64,000 nucleotides of DNA from Rhodobacteraceae bacterium UBA6213. GTDB lineage: Bacteria > Pseudomonadota > Alphaproteobacteria > Rhodobacterales > Rhodobacteraceae. Position 1 is the first letter of the stretch; each line of letters opens with the position of its first letter. The notes under the pieces are model-generated. The model did not search any database, was not told the origin of the DNA, and saw only the letters and a program-made list of their open reading frames with translations. The DNA lies in assembly GCA_002421605.1 (NCBI GenBank), contig DISJ01000009.1:125326-189325 (forward strand). The letters are read 5' to 3'. Below, piece after piece: positions 10,971 to 20,562 of this stretch. A program made the position numbers and the translations under genes.

Positions 10971-11435
10971 ATGAGTGGAAAGATCGACGCGCAACTAAAG
11001 TCCCTCGGCATCACACTGCCGGCCGCGCCCGCCCCGGCAGCAAACTATGTGCCGTTTGTACAAAGCGGCACAATGCTGTTCGTCTCGGGGCAAATCAGCC
11101 AAGGTGCCGACGGTCTGATCCGCGGCAAACTCGGCGCCGGGATGGGGGTCGACGAGGGTGCGGTGGCCGCAAGGCAGTGTGGGCTAGCGCTTTTGGCGCA
11201 GGCGCGCGCGGCCTGCGGTGGTGATCTGGATAGGATCCAGCGGGTGGTCAAGCTGACCGGATTCGTGAACTCCACGCCTGATTTCACGGACCAGCCCGAG
11301 GTGATTAACGGCTGCTCTAACCTGATGGTCGAGGTTTTTGGCGAGGCTGGCCGTCACGCACGTGCCGCAGTCTCGGTGCCCTCGTTGCCACGTGGCGTGG
11401 CGGTAGAAGTTGATGCGATTTTCGAGGTGAAGTGA
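10971..11435 (+). CDS. RidA/YjgF family (reactive intermediate deaminase-like) protein
   Basis: YjgF-like pattern ..YVPFVQSGTMLFVSGQ.. and C-terminal RAAVSVPSLPRGVAVEVDAIFEV. The ATG at 10971 is preceded by GGAGAA. The track start is 10959. Confidence 0.8.
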   Translation: MSGKIDAQLKSLGITLPAAPAPAANYVPFVQSGTMLFVSGQISQGADGLIRGKLGAGMGVDEGAVAARQCGLALLAQARAACGGDLDRIQRVVKLTGFVNSTPDFTDQPEVINGCSNLMVEVFGEAGRHARAAVSVPSLPRGVAVEVDAIFEVK

Positions 11436-12205
11436 TGCCTGCGCTGCACCCCGATTTTTTGCGCGCACCCCTCGCGCATCGTGCGTATCACGACATGGCC
11501 AAGGGACGGCCAGAAAATTCGATCGAGGCAATTCGCGCCGCAGTCGATGCAGGCTATGGCATTGAAATTGATATACAACCGTCTGCCGATGCGGTGCCAA
11601 TGGTGTTTCACGATTACGAACTCGCGCGGCTGACCGGTCAACAGGGTAAGATCTCTTCCCTATCCGCCGCGGCGCTGGCGCGCTTGCCGCTAATCGGGGG
11701 CGGCGAGGGCGTGCCGACGTTGGCGCGCGTGTTGGCCGAGGTTGCAGGCCGGGTGCCGCTGCTGATCGAGATCAAGGACCAAAGCGGCACTAGCGGGCCC
11801 GAAGTCGGCGCGCTGGAAGGTGCTGTTGCCAAGGTGCTTGCGGGCTACGCGGGCCCGGTGGCGGTTATGTCGTTCAATCCACATTCGGTTGCCGCTTTTC
11901 ACGCCCATGCGCCCGGCATCGCGGTAGGCCTTACCACCGCCGCCTACCAGCCCGAAGATTACCCAGAACTGCTTGGCGCAGTCTGTGACCATCTGCGCGA
12001 CATACGCGACTATGACCGGGTCAGTGCATCCTTCATTTCGCACGAAGCAAGCGACCTTGCGCGCCCGCGAGTGGCCGATCTGAAGGCCGCTGGAGCGAAG
12101 GTTCTGTGTTGGACGATCCGATCGCCCGAGGCCGAGGCGAAAGCGCGCGAAGTGGCGCACAACATAACCTTTGAAGGTTACGCCGCCGCGCGGCCCGGGG
12201 CATAG
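11435..12205 (+). CDS. Glycerophosphodiester phosphodiesterase family protein
   Basis: GDPD-like motifs HRAYH...ENSIEAIRAAVDAGYGIEIDIQ...VFHD. The start overlaps the RidA stop (TGATG). Confidence 0.75.
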   Translation: MPALHPDFLRAPLAHRAYHDMAKGRPENSIEAIRAAVDAGYGIEIDIQPSADAVPMVFHDYELARLTGQQGKISSLSAAALARLPLIGGGEGVPTLARVLAEVAGRVPLLIEIKDQSGTSGPEVGALEGAVAKVLAGYAGPVAVMSFNPHSVAAFHAHAPGIAVGLTTAAYQPEDYPELLGAVCDHLRDIRDYDRVSASFISHEASDLARPRVADLKAAGAKVLCWTIRSPEAEAKAREVAHNITFEGYAAARPGA

Positions 12206-12212
12206 GTAAGAC

Positions 12213-13385
12213 GTGGAACCTCTGGCTGCTCAAGTATTTTCATCATATTCAGAAATATCTGAAGCTGACTGGGATTCTTGCGCCTGCCCCGAGGCGCAGT
12301 CTGGCGGTAGGCCGCTTGACCCATTCACGACCTACCGGTTTCTGTCGGCACTCGAAACCTCAGGGTCGATTGGGCCGGGAACGGGCTGGCTACCGCGCCC
12401 CCTGCTTTTGCGCGCAGCCGATACGCTGATCGGCGCCGCCCCTCTGTTTTTAAAGCAGCATTCGCAAGGTGAATACATTTTCGACCACGCCTGGGCCGAC
12501 GCGCTAGAGCGTGCGGGTGGCCAGTACTATCCAAAACTTCAGGTGGCGGTGCCGTTCACTCCGGCAACCGGGCGGCGGCTACTGGCGCGACGCCGGCACG
12601 AAATCGAAGCGCGGGCAGGCATACTGGCGGCACTTCATGCCATGACTGAAGAAGCGCAGCTATCCTCGGCGCATGTGACCTTTTGCACTGCAGACGAGGC
12701 CTCCGCCGGGGCCACGCAAGACTTTTTGCACCGCCTCACGATCCAGTATCATTGGCAGAACCGCGGTTACGCACAGTATGACGATTTTCTGGCAGACCTT
12801 TCCTCGCGCAAGCGCAAGGCACTTCGCAAAGAGCGCGCCGAGGCGCAGGCCTTCGGCGGCGATATCGTGACACTGACCGGCGCCGAAATCGCAACGGAAC
12901 ATTGGCAGGCCTTTTGGCAGTTTTATCAAGACACCGGTGCGCGCAAATGGGGGCGGCCCTATCTGAAGAAGGCATTTTTTGACAATGCGATGGCGCTTAA
13001 CGCCGATGTGCTGATGGTGCTGGCGCGCCGCGATGGCCGCTGGGTTGCCGGTGCGCTCAACTTTATCGGGCGCGAGGCGCTGTTCGGTCGGTACTGGGGC
13101 GCAATCGAAGACCATCCGAGCCTGCATTTTGAGCTGTGCTACCATCGCGCGATTGATTGGGCGATTGCACTGGGCCTGCCACGCGTCGAGGCCGGTGCGC
13201 AGGGCGAACACAAGCTCGCGCGCGGTTATCTTGGCACCGAGGTACATTCCCTCCATTGGATCGCAGACCACGGCTTTCGTCGGGCTGTCGCAGAGTATCT
13301 GGAACGAGAGCGCAAGGCAGTGCTGCAAGAGATTGATGAACTTAGTGCTCTCAGCCCGTTTCGCCGCGATCAGCGCACGGATTAA
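12213..13385 (+). CDS. GNAT-like N-acetyltransferase (DUF482/FemAB-like family, assigned from memory)
   Basis: 390-aa ORF with a GTG start. The N-terminus ...SYSEISEADWDSC and HFELCYHRAIDWAI / GAQGEHKLARGY are typical of this conserved hypothetical family. Confidence 0.6.
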   Translation: MEPLAAQVFSSYSEISEADWDSCACPEAQSGGRPLDPFTTYRFLSALETSGSIGPGTGWLPRPLLLRAADTLIGAAPLFLKQHSQGEYIFDHAWADALERAGGQYYPKLQVAVPFTPATGRRLLARRRHEIEARAGILAALHAMTEEAQLSSAHVTFCTADEASAGATQDFLHRLTIQYHWQNRGYAQYDDFLADLSSRKRKALRKERAEAQAFGGDIVTLTGAEIATEHWQAFWQFYQDTGARKWGRPYLKKAFFDNAMALNADVLMVLARRDGRWVAGALNFIGREALFGRYWGAIEDHPSLHFELCYHRAIDWAIALGLPRVEAGAQGEHKLARGYLGTEVHSLHWIADHGFRRAVAEYLERERKAVLQEIDELSALSPFRRDQRTD

Positions 13386-13431
13386 CGTATTACCAGACCG
13401 CGGCAACGCCGCACCAAATGGGGAGGCACCG

Positions 13432-14028
13432 ATGACAGCAGAATTGACGCTTTACACAAACCCAAAGTCACGCGGGCGCATTGCACAATGGATGCTTGAA
13501 GAGATCGGCCAACCTTACCGCGCGGTCGTGCTTGAATTCGGCGAACCAATGCGCACGCCCGAGTTTCTTGCGCTGAACCCGATGGGCAAAGTGCCAGTGC
13601 TGGTGCATGGCGACGCAGTCGTAACCGAAGCCGCCGCTATTTGCGCCTACCTTGCAGAAGCCATTCCCGAAGCGGGCCTTGCGCCAAAGCCCGAAGAGCG
13701 GGCGGACTATTTCCGCTGGATGTTCTTTGCCGCCGGACCACTTGAGGCCGTTATCACCGCGCGGGCACTGGGGTTAGAGGCGCCGCCCGAACGCCGCCGC
13801 ATGGCGGGCTACGGCGACTTTGATACCGTGGTCGCCGCGCTGGAACGCAAGCTCGCGGTTTCCGATTATGTCGCGGGCGGGCGCTTTACGGCGGCAGATG
13901 TATATTTTGGCGCGCAGGTGGTATGGGGGCTGATGTTCCAGACCTTGCCCCCAAGCCCCGCGCTGGTCGCCTACCGTGACAGGCTGATGGTTCGCCCGGC
14001 GTGGGTGCGCGCCAACACCCCCACCTAG
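13432..14028 (+). CDS. Glutathione S-transferase
   Basis: MTAELTLYTNPKSRGRIAQWMLEE...LNPMGKVPVLVHGD is a GST N-terminal fold. GGGAGG lies upstream of the ATG at 13432. The track ORF from 13033 overlaps the previous gene. Confidence 0.8.
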   Translation: MTAELTLYTNPKSRGRIAQWMLEEIGQPYRAVVLEFGEPMRTPEFLALNPMGKVPVLVHGDAVVTEAAAICAYLAEAIPEAGLAPKPEERADYFRWMFFAAGPLEAVITARALGLEAPPERRRMAGYGDFDTVVAALERKLAVSDYVAGGRFTAADVYFGAQVVWGLMFQTLPPSPALVAYRDRLMVRPAWVRANTPT

Positions 14029-14513
14029 ACGACCGCGAGCATCGCCTCGCCGCCAGAAATATCACAGGTGCCGTTTGATTCCTCGGCGTGCAATTCTTTC
14101 ACAACGCCGTCTTCAACCAGCATCGCATAGCGGCGCGAGCGGTTAATGAGGCCAGAGGCGGGTGCGGTAAAATCCATTCCCATCGCTTTTGTAAAGGTTG
14201 CCTCGGCATCGGAAAGCATCGTGATGCCCGCCTTTGTGGCACCAGTTGAGTCGCCAAACGCCTTCAGTACATGCGGGTCATTGACCGCGATACAGATGAT
14301 TTCGGCGATGCCTTTGGCATCAAACTTCGGCTTCGTGCGAATAAAGCTTGGCACATGCGCCGTGGTGCATGGGCCCGTATAGGCACCCGGCAACGCAAAG
14401 ATCACCACGCGCTTTCCCGCAAGCCTTGGCGCAAGCTCGACGGGCTCGGGACCAGATGCGCCCATACGCAGAAACGTGGCTGCGGGCAGTTTATCACCGA
14501 CAGTAATCGACAT
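14025..14513 (-). CDS. Prx5-type peroxiredoxin
   Basis: Peroxidatic-Cys motif FALPGAYTGPCT. I chose the ATG at 14513 (MSITVGDKLP). Confidence 0.85.
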   Translation of the reverse strand: MSITVGDKLPAATFLRMGASGPEPVELAPRLAGKRVVIFALPGAYTGPCTTAHVPSFIRTKPKFDAKGIAEIICIAVNDPHVLKAFGDSTGATKAGITMLSDAEATFTKAMGMDFTAPASGLINRSRRYAMLVEDGVVKELHAEESNGTCDISGGEAMLAVV

Positions 14514-14592
14514 CGTGAAGTCCTCTCGCGTTGCGTTCCGGTTGCGCCAAGATATAGGGTTCGGGCCGGAAATGACCAGTAGGAGTTGCGGC

Positions 14593-15792
14593 ATGGCAGG
14601 CGTGGTAATTGTCGGCGCAGGGCAGGCTGCAGCCTCGGCTGCGGCAAAACTGCGGGCATCGGGTTATGCCGACGCTATCACCCTTGTCGGAGAAGAGCCG
14701 CAGCCACCGTATCAGCGCCCGCCGCTGTCAAAGGCCTATTTGCTGGGGCAGATGCCGCTAGAGCGGCTTTGGCTGCGCCCGCACGCGTTTTGGGCCGAGC
14801 AAAAGGTAGAATTGCAACTGGGCACGCGGGTGGAGACGATAGACCGTGCGGCAAAGCAAGTGCTGTTGGCAGCACGTAAAGCCATCAATTATCAGCATCT
14901 TATCCTTGCCACCGGCGCCACACCGCGCCGCCTGCCCGCCGCAATCGGCGGCGCCTTGGCGGGCGTGCATGTGGTGCGCAACCTTGCCGACGTCGATGGC
15001 ATGGCGCCCGATATGCGCCCCGGCGCGCGGTTGGTGGTGATCGGCGGTGGCTATATCGGGCTCGAGGCGGCGGCGGTTGCGCGCAAACTCGGGTTAGAGG
15101 TAACGCTCATCGAGGCCGCGCCGCGCATATTAGGCCGCGTCGCCTGCGCCGAAACGGCAGACGAAATTCGCGCCCTGCACGCAGCGCATGGCGTTGAAAT
15201 CATCGAAGGAATCGGCATTGCTAAAATCACCGGCGCTGACCGCGCAACCGGCGTTGATCTTGCAGATGGTCGCCACCTGCCGGCCGATCTGGTGATCGTC
15301 GGTATTGGCGTTACTGCCGAGGCGGCGCTTGCCGAGGCGGTGGGCCTGGAAGTGGACGGTGGCATTGTCGTCGATGCGTTCTGCCGCACGTCCGATCCGG
15401 CAATCTGGGCAGCGGGTGATTGTGCTGTGTTTCCCTTCGCAGGCGGGCGAATACGGCTTGAAAGCGTCGGCAACGCGGTCGACATGGGCGAACTGGTTGC
15501 CGCCAACATCGTGGGCGATCCCCGCGCCTATGTGCCCAAGCCCTGGTTCTGGTCCGACCAGTATGATGCTAAGCTGCAGATTGCGGGGTTGTTGACCGGG
15601 TATGATCGGGTTGTAACGCGCCGGGCGGCCGGGTTTTCGGCGTGGTATTTCCGCGACACTACGCTGATCGCGGTTGACGCGTTGAACGATGCTCGCGCCT
15701 ATATGGTCGGAAAGCGGTTGATCGAGGGGCAAAAAAGCCCCGATGCCGCGGCGATTGCGGACCCTGCAACCGATCTCAAGGCGTTTTTGTGA
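14593..15792 (+). CDS. FAD-dependent pyridine-nucleotide oxidoreductase (ferredoxin-reductase-like)
   Basis: Two Rossmann motifs, VVIVGAGQAA and LVVIGGGYIGLE, plus AAGDCA. There is no redox-active CxxC. Confidence 0.8.
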   Translation: MAGVVIVGAGQAAASAAAKLRASGYADAITLVGEEPQPPYQRPPLSKAYLLGQMPLERLWLRPHAFWAEQKVELQLGTRVETIDRAAKQVLLAARKAINYQHLILATGATPRRLPAAIGGALAGVHVVRNLADVDGMAPDMRPGARLVVIGGGYIGLEAAAVARKLGLEVTLIEAAPRILGRVACAETADEIRALHAAHGVEIIEGIGIAKITGADRATGVDLADGRHLPADLVIVGIGVTAEAALAEAVGLEVDGGIVVDAFCRTSDPAIWAAGDCAVFPFAGGRIRLESVGNAVDMGELVAANIVGDPRAYVPKPWFWSDQYDAKLQIAGLLTGYDRVVTRRAAGFSAWYFRDTTLIAVDALNDARAYMVGKRLIEGQKSPDAAAIADPATDLKAFL

Positions 15793-16364
15793 GGATCATC
15801 GGCGGCAGCGCGCGCGGCCTCAAACTGGCCGAAGTTGGCGAGGGTGACCCGGCAGCGCATTTGCGCCCCACATCAGACCGGGTGCGCGAGTCGATCTTTA
15901 ACCTGCTCGTCAACGGCACGCATGGCAACCCGATCCCCGGCGCGCGGGTGCTCGACCTTTTCGCGGGCACGGGCGCGCTTGGCCTTGAGGCGCTGTCGCG
16001 CGGGGCCGCGCAGGTGGATTTCATTGATAATGGCGCGGCGGCGCGGACCTTGCTGCGCCAGAATATCGAACGGATGCGCGCAAAAGAGACAACCGATATC
16101 TGGCGCCGCGATGCCTGCAACATGGGCGAAAACCGCGGCCCGCGTTATGATCTGGTGTTTCTTGACCCGCCCTATGAAAGTGGCCTTGGCGAGCGCGCAC
16201 TTGCATCTTGCCTCGTAGGGGGATGGCTGGCGCCCAACGCGATGCTCGTTTGGGAAGAAGGTATTGTGGCCGCGCCACCGCCCGGATTCGAGCTGCTTGA
16301 TCGGCGCCGTTACGGCGGCACAGTGGTTACGTTGTTGCGCGCGCCGGGCGCGGACGCTGCATAG
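15789..16364 (+). CDS. rsmD: 16S rRNA (guanine966-N2)-methyltransferase
   Basis: N-terminus MRIIGGSARGLKL and catalytic FLDPPYE. The GTG start overlaps the upstream stop. Confidence 0.8.
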   Translation: MRIIGGSARGLKLAEVGEGDPAAHLRPTSDRVRESIFNLLVNGTHGNPIPGARVLDLFAGTGALGLEALSRGAAQVDFIDNGAAARTLLRQNIERMRAKETTDIWRRDACNMGENRGPRYDLVFLDPPYESGLGERALASCLVGGWLAPNAMLVWEEGIVAAPPPGFELLDRRRYGGTVVTLLRAPGADAA

Positions 16365-17084
16365 TCAGAAATAGCTTCGCACCAGCGCGCCGGAAACCAG
16401 CGTCCAACCGTCAGCCACCACAAAGAACGCAAGTTTGAAGGGCAGCGCCACAATTGCAGGCGGCACCATCATCATGCCCATCGACATCAGCACGGCAGAG
16501 ACCACAAGGTCGATGATCAGAAACGGAAGATAGAGCAGAAAGCCGATTTCAAAAGCGCGCGATACTTCCGAGAGCATGAACGAGGGCACCAGCACTGAAA
16601 GCGGCGCATCGCCAATCGCACCGTCAAAGACCGGTTCGGGGCGCAACGCGGCAAGCGCGGTAAACGTATCAGCATCAATCCGCGCCGCCATAAAGGCACG
16701 AAACGGTGCCGAGCCAAGCCCGAACGCAGTTGGAATATCGATTTTTCCGTCTATCAACGGTGCTGCGGCTACCGCCCAGGCCTCGGTAAAAACCGGCTCC
16801 ATGACGAACCATGTCAGAAACATCGCAAGGCTGACGATCAACATATTCGGGGGCGACTGCTGTAACCCGATCGCTTGACGCAGAATCGAAAGCACGGTCA
16901 CGATGAAAGGAAAGCACGTGATCATAATCGCGATGCCCGGTGCAAGACTTAGCACGGTCAGCAGCGCGAAGGTCAGCAAGGTGCGCCCGGCAAGGCTGTC
17001 ACCATCGCCCAGCGAGAGGGTGATTTCCTGCGCCCCGGCGGGCAGCGCCAGCAGCATGAGGATGAGGATCAGCGCGGCGCGCAT
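16365..17084 (-). CDS. fliP: Flagellar export apparatus protein FliP
   Basis: Signal peptide plus the conserved FliP core ...ILRQAIGLQQSPPNMLIVSLAMFLTWFVM... and FLLYLPFLIIDLVV. Confidence 0.95.
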   Translation of the reverse strand: MRAALILILMLLALPAGAQEITLSLGDGDSLAGRTLLTFALLTVLSLAPGIAIMITCFPFIVTVLSILRQAIGLQQSPPNMLIVSLAMFLTWFVMEPVFTEAWAVAAAPLIDGKIDIPTAFGLGSAPFRAFMAARIDADTFTALAALRPEPVFDGAIGDAPLSVLVPSFMLSEVSRAFEIGFLLYLPFLIIDLVVSAVLMSMGMMMVPPAIVALPFKLAFFVVADGWTLVSGALVRSYF

Positions 17085-17085
17085 G

Positions 17086-17370
17086 TCAAAGGCCGTTTTG
17101 CAGATCGACCACTTCGGTCAGCCGCACGGCAAGCTGCCCCGCCTGGTCGCCGGTAAGCTCTGTCAACTCTCCGCGCGCGATCAGTTTGTCGCCAACGTAA
17201 AGCTCTACCGGATCATCGACGCGTCGGTCGAGCGGCAGGATCGCGTCGCGCTTCAACCGCAACAACTCTCGCACAAGAGGGCGCGCCGTGCCGACCGATA
17301 TGGTAATTTCTATCGGTACTTGCGTAAAAGGGTTGGCGAACCGTGGATCGGGCTGGTTAGAGCTATCCAT
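17086..17370 (-). CDS. fliN: Flagellar motor switch protein FliN
   Basis: SpoA/FliN C-terminal domain: VPIEITISVGTARPLVRELLRLKRDAILPLDRRVDDPVELYVGDKLIARGEL. The ATG at 17370 is preceded by GGAGAG. Confidence 0.8.
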   Translation of the reverse strand: MDSSNQPDPRFANPFTQVPIEITISVGTARPLVRELLRLKRDAILPLDRRVDDPVELYVGDKLIARGELTELTGDQAGQLAVRLTEVVDLQNGL

Positions 17371-17959
17371 CGCTCTCTCCTTGGCTTTCAAGTTGGAAAA
17401 AGGCCGTCACGGCGGCGACCATGGAGGCGGTGACGGCATCAAGGTCAATGCGCGTTTCTGAGTCGTCAAAATGCAGATAAACCTGCGCGTCGCTTAATGA
17501 GGGCTCTTCGATAAACTGCAGCGGAAACCCCGCGCGCGCCCGCAAGATCGCCTCGACCGTCTCGCGACTTTCAGGGCTGACCACAACGGTCAGAGGCGAC
17601 TCTGCCAACTTTTCCGCCAGCGGCATGAGTTTTTCCAGCGCCACCATGCCCACCGATTCGCGGGCTAAGCGGGGCAGCACCTTGGCCACCATGTCATGAA
17701 GCAGCGGCTTGAGCGCGCGCAGCACATGACTGCGCGCTTCGTGATAGCTGAAGGCAAGCGCCTGCAGATTTCGGCCAAGATCGGCGCGCAACTTTGCAGC
17801 CTCGCCTTCCTGCGCGGCGACGGCGTCTTCCCAGCCGGCGCTATATCCTTTTTCGAATGAGGCAAGCTTGGCCTCTTCAAGATCGGCCAGATTCATATGG
17901 ATTGCTTCGCCATCCTGCCCATCAGTATCAAAGGTTTCTAGGCGAAACGGCTGCGTCAT
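17363..17959 (-). CDS. fliH: FliH-like flagellar assembly protein
   Basis: 199-aa acidic protein between fliF and fliN. Its ATG overlaps the fliF stop (ATGA). The motif FEKGYSAGWEDA is FliH-like. The assignment rests partly on position. Confidence 0.5.
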   Translation of the reverse strand: MTQPFRLETFDTDGQDGEAIHMNLADLEEAKLASFEKGYSAGWEDAVAAQEGEAAKLRADLGRNLQALAFSYHEARSHVLRALKPLLHDMVAKVLPRLARESVGMVALEKLMPLAEKLAESPLTVVVSPESRETVEAILRARAGFPLQFIEEPSLSDAQVYLHFDDSETRIDLDAVTASMVAAVTAFFQLESQGESDG

Positions 17960-19578
17960 CCGGCACGCTCCCCATGATCTTCCATCCAACTGCGCAAGAT
18001 CTCGACCGATTCGTCCTGGCGTTCGTTGATCAGCCGTTTCAGCCGCGCCACTGGGTCCTGCGCGTTATTGCGATCGCCGAAATCGCCGGTTCCCATCGGC
18101 ATCGCCATTTCAAAACCCGAAATCACTGGCAAGTCCGAGGGCACATAACCTTCGTCGTCAATGACCCCGGTCAGCGCCCCTGCCGGTCTTGCGGCCGGCG
18201 AGTTTTCAGGTGACGGCAATTCAGAAAATCGCGGCGACATTGGCCGGGTAAAGATCGGGCGGAGCACGAAAAGGCCGAGCACCAGAACCACAGTGGCAAG
18301 CACCGCAAGCTGGACAAGCGACATCACGTCAATTGCAAGGCTCGAAAAGACACCCGGCGCTGTTGCTTCGCCTGCCGCGGCAATTGGCTGAAACGGCATA
18401 GATTTGAGAGTGATGACATCGCCGCGCGCGGCGTCATAGCCGACCGCCGAGGCGACCAGATCGTGCAACGCCGCAAGCTCTTGCTCAGAGCGTGGCTCGA
18501 AACCTGTGGTGCCATCGGGGGCGGTGGTTTGCACGGCATCGACCAGCACGGCCACACTGAGCCGCTTGATAGCGCCGGGGTTACGCAAAACTTCGCGCGT
18601 GGTTTCCGACACCTCGAAGTTGACTCGTTCGCTGGTCTCGCTCTGCTCGCTTTGCGAGTTGCCGCCCGCGCTGCCGGTGCCAGAGGGCAGATTGGATGCT
18701 ACGGTCACTGCGCCCTGACCGTTGTCAGACGAGGAATTGCTGCGCTCTTGCGTTTCGGTGGAAATCGCCACACGGGTCGACGGGTCGAACGTGCGTTCGG
18801 TAATCGCCTCGCGTTCCGTAACGGTCTCGATCGAAACCTCGACGACGGCGTTGCCATAGCCCACGCGCGCCTCAAGCAGACGCTCGACACTTTGTTTCAG
18901 CTCTTGCGCGCGACTGTCGCCACCGGGCGCCGCAGCAAGCTCTTCGCCCGAGGCGATCAGGCCACCGATGCTGTCGATCACCGAAACATCCTCAGGCGTC
19001 ATTCCAGTAACGGCAGAAGAAATAAGGTATTTCAATGCTTTGGCCTGCGCTGGTGAAAGCCCGCCCGCCACTGTTGCCACAATGACCGAGGCACTTGGAT
19101 GCAAGTCTTTGCGAAAGGGTTGTGCGGTCGGGTTGGCGATATAGACACGCGCGCTACGGATCAGCGGACTTGAGGCGATGGTACGCCCCAGTTCACCCTC
19201 TTTGGCACGCCAGTAGGCCGCGTCGAACATCTGCGATGTGGTGCCAAAACCCGATAGCGAGTCGAGCAGCTCGTAACCCGCGCCCCCCGGCGTTGGCAAG
19301 CCTTCACCGGCAAGCAACATCCGCAATTCGTCTCGCCGCGCGGCCTCAACGTAAATCGCGTCGCCGCGCACTTCATAGGCCGCGCCGCGCTGGTCGAGCG
19401 CCGCCACGACATCGCCCGCCTGCGCCCCTTCAAGCCGCGCATAAAGCAACGCCATCGATGGCTTTGAGGCCATGCCCGAAAGCGCCAGAACCGCCGCAAA
19501 TACCACCAGCGCGGCAATGCCGACCATCACGCGACGACGCGTATCGAACGTCATCCAGATGCCTATCAACGGCTGCAA
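17956..19578 (-). CDS. fliF: Flagellar M-ring protein FliF
   Basis: 540 aa with an N-terminal TM and the YscJ/FliF-type periplasmic region LLYARLEG..AGDVVAALD. There is a second TM near the C-terminus. The TTG start at 19578 has AGGAGG 6 nt upstream. Confidence 0.9.
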   Translation of the reverse strand: MQPLIGIWMTFDTRRRVMVGIAALVVFAAVLALSGMASKPSMALLYARLEGAQAGDVVAALDQRGAAYEVRGDAIYVEAARRDELRMLLAGEGLPTPGGAGYELLDSLSGFGTTSQMFDAAYWRAKEGELGRTIASSPLIRSARVYIANPTAQPFRKDLHPSASVIVATVAGGLSPAQAKALKYLISSAVTGMTPEDVSVIDSIGGLIASGEELAAAPGGDSRAQELKQSVERLLEARVGYGNAVVEVSIETVTEREAITERTFDPSTRVAISTETQERSNSSSDNGQGAVTVASNLPSGTGSAGGNSQSEQSETSERVNFEVSETTREVLRNPGAIKRLSVAVLVDAVQTTAPDGTTGFEPRSEQELAALHDLVASAVGYDAARGDVITLKSMPFQPIAAAGEATAPGVFSSLAIDVMSLVQLAVLATVVLVLGLFVLRPIFTRPMSPRFSELPSPENSPAARPAGALTGVIDDEGYVPSDLPVISGFEMAMPMGTGDFGDRNNAQDPVARLKRLINERQDESVEILRSWMEDHGERAG

Positions 19579-19639
19579 AACGCACCTCCTGATGAGCGGG
19601 CTTCTACCCTTCGTGCTCCAGATCAGTGCCCGATTGCGC

Positions 19640-19654
19640 TTAACAATCGGTTAG
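19640..19654. promoter_or_regulatory. CtrA-box-like motif TTAA-N7-TTAG, overlapping a 7-bp inverted repeat CCGATTG/CAATCGG (19630-19650)
   Basis: Read directly in the 120-bp fliF/fliL divergent intergenic region. It differs at one position from the TTAA-N7-TTAA CtrA consensus. Confidence 0.3.
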
Positions 19655-19698
19655 TGAGCTTTGGTCTATATCGACATTACCGGATTAGCGGGGATGCC

Positions 19699-20190
19699 AT
19701 GGCCGATACCGACCTCGCGGTGCAAGCCGCGCCTGTGAAAAAGTCGAAAATGCCCTTGTTTGCTGGGCTGGGTGCCATGGCCCTGCTTGGGGGGGGCGCA
19801 TTTTACGCGGTGTATTCCGGGCTGATTCTTGCGCCTGCGACAAGTGAACCGCACACCGCGGCGGAAGACATCGTTGTGGCTGCCCTGCCAGATATCGCTT
19901 TCGTGCCGCTGGATGCACTTGTGATCCAGCTCGGGAGTGGCAACTCGGCGCGCCATCTGCTGTTTCGTGCGCAGCTTGAGGTTGCTTCGGCCTTTCAGGC
20001 GGATGTGCAGCTTTTGCTACCGCGTGTGATGGACGTGCTGAATGGTTATCTGCGCGCCGTCGATATTGCGGAACTTGAGGATAGCTCGGCGCTGATCCGG
20101 CTACGCGCGCAAATGCTGCGCCGCGTGCAAATTGTCACCGGCGAGGGGCGCGTGCGCGACCTGCTGGTGACTGAGTTCGTGGTAAACTGA
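19699..20190 (+). CDS. fliL: Flagellar basal-body-associated protein FliL
   Basis: N-terminal TM MPLFAGLGAMALLGGGAFYAV, then FVPLDALVIQLG...LLFRAQLEV...VLNGYLRAV and C-terminal LVTEFVV. Confidence 0.75.
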   Translation: MADTDLAVQAAPVKKSKMPLFAGLGAMALLGGGAFYAVYSGLILAPATSEPHTAAEDIVVAALPDIAFVPLDALVIQLGSGNSARHLLFRAQLEVASAFQADVQLLLPRVMDVLNGYLRAVDIAELEDSSALIRLRAQMLRRVQIVTGEGRVRDLLVTEFVVN

Positions 20191-20202
20191 GGAGCGTGAG
20201 CG

Positions 20203-20562
20203 ATGGACTTCATTGCAGATATTCTGCTTGGCGCGGGCGCACTCGGTGCTGCGGCCTATTGTCTGGTGCTCGCAGCGCGGCTCAAGCGGTTCAATCAGCT
20301 TGAAACCGGCATGGGCGGCGCCATCGCCGTGCTTTCAGCGCAGGTTGATGACATGACTCGAGCGTTGCAAAAGGCGCAAGGGGCGGCCGGTGCCTCGGTC
20401 TCCACGCTTGGCACATTGACAGAGCGATCAGAGAAAGCCGCCGAACGGCTTGAGTTGTTGCTGGCTTCGATGCACGACCTGCCCGAACCGAGTGAAGGTG
20501 GGCGTCGGCTCAAAGTGGTACGACGGCGCGTGCAACACGAAGATCTGGAGGTTGCGGAATGA
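20203..20562 (+). CDS. Hypothetical small membrane-anchored coiled-coil protein (flagellar operon)
   Basis: 119 aa. GAGGAG lies 8 nt upstream of the ATG. N-terminal TM DILLGAGALGAAAYCLVLAA is followed by RLKRF and a helical region. It has a stop/start overlap (ATGA) with the next gene. Confidence 0.55.
   Translation: MDFIADILLGAGALGAAAYCLVLAARLKRFNQLETGMGGAIAVLSAQVDDMTRALQKAQGAAGASVSTLGTLTERSEKAAERLELLLASMHDLPEPSEGGRRLKVVRRRVQHEDLEVAE

Noticed and set aside
14514-14592. Divergent peroxiredoxin / FAD-reductase pair as a dedicated peroxidase-reductase system
   Set aside because: The reductase is ferredoxin-reductase-like and has only isolated cysteines, with no CxxC or CxxxxC redox centre. 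It is therefore unlikely to reduce a Prx5-type peroxiredoxin directly. The adjacency alone is not evidence.
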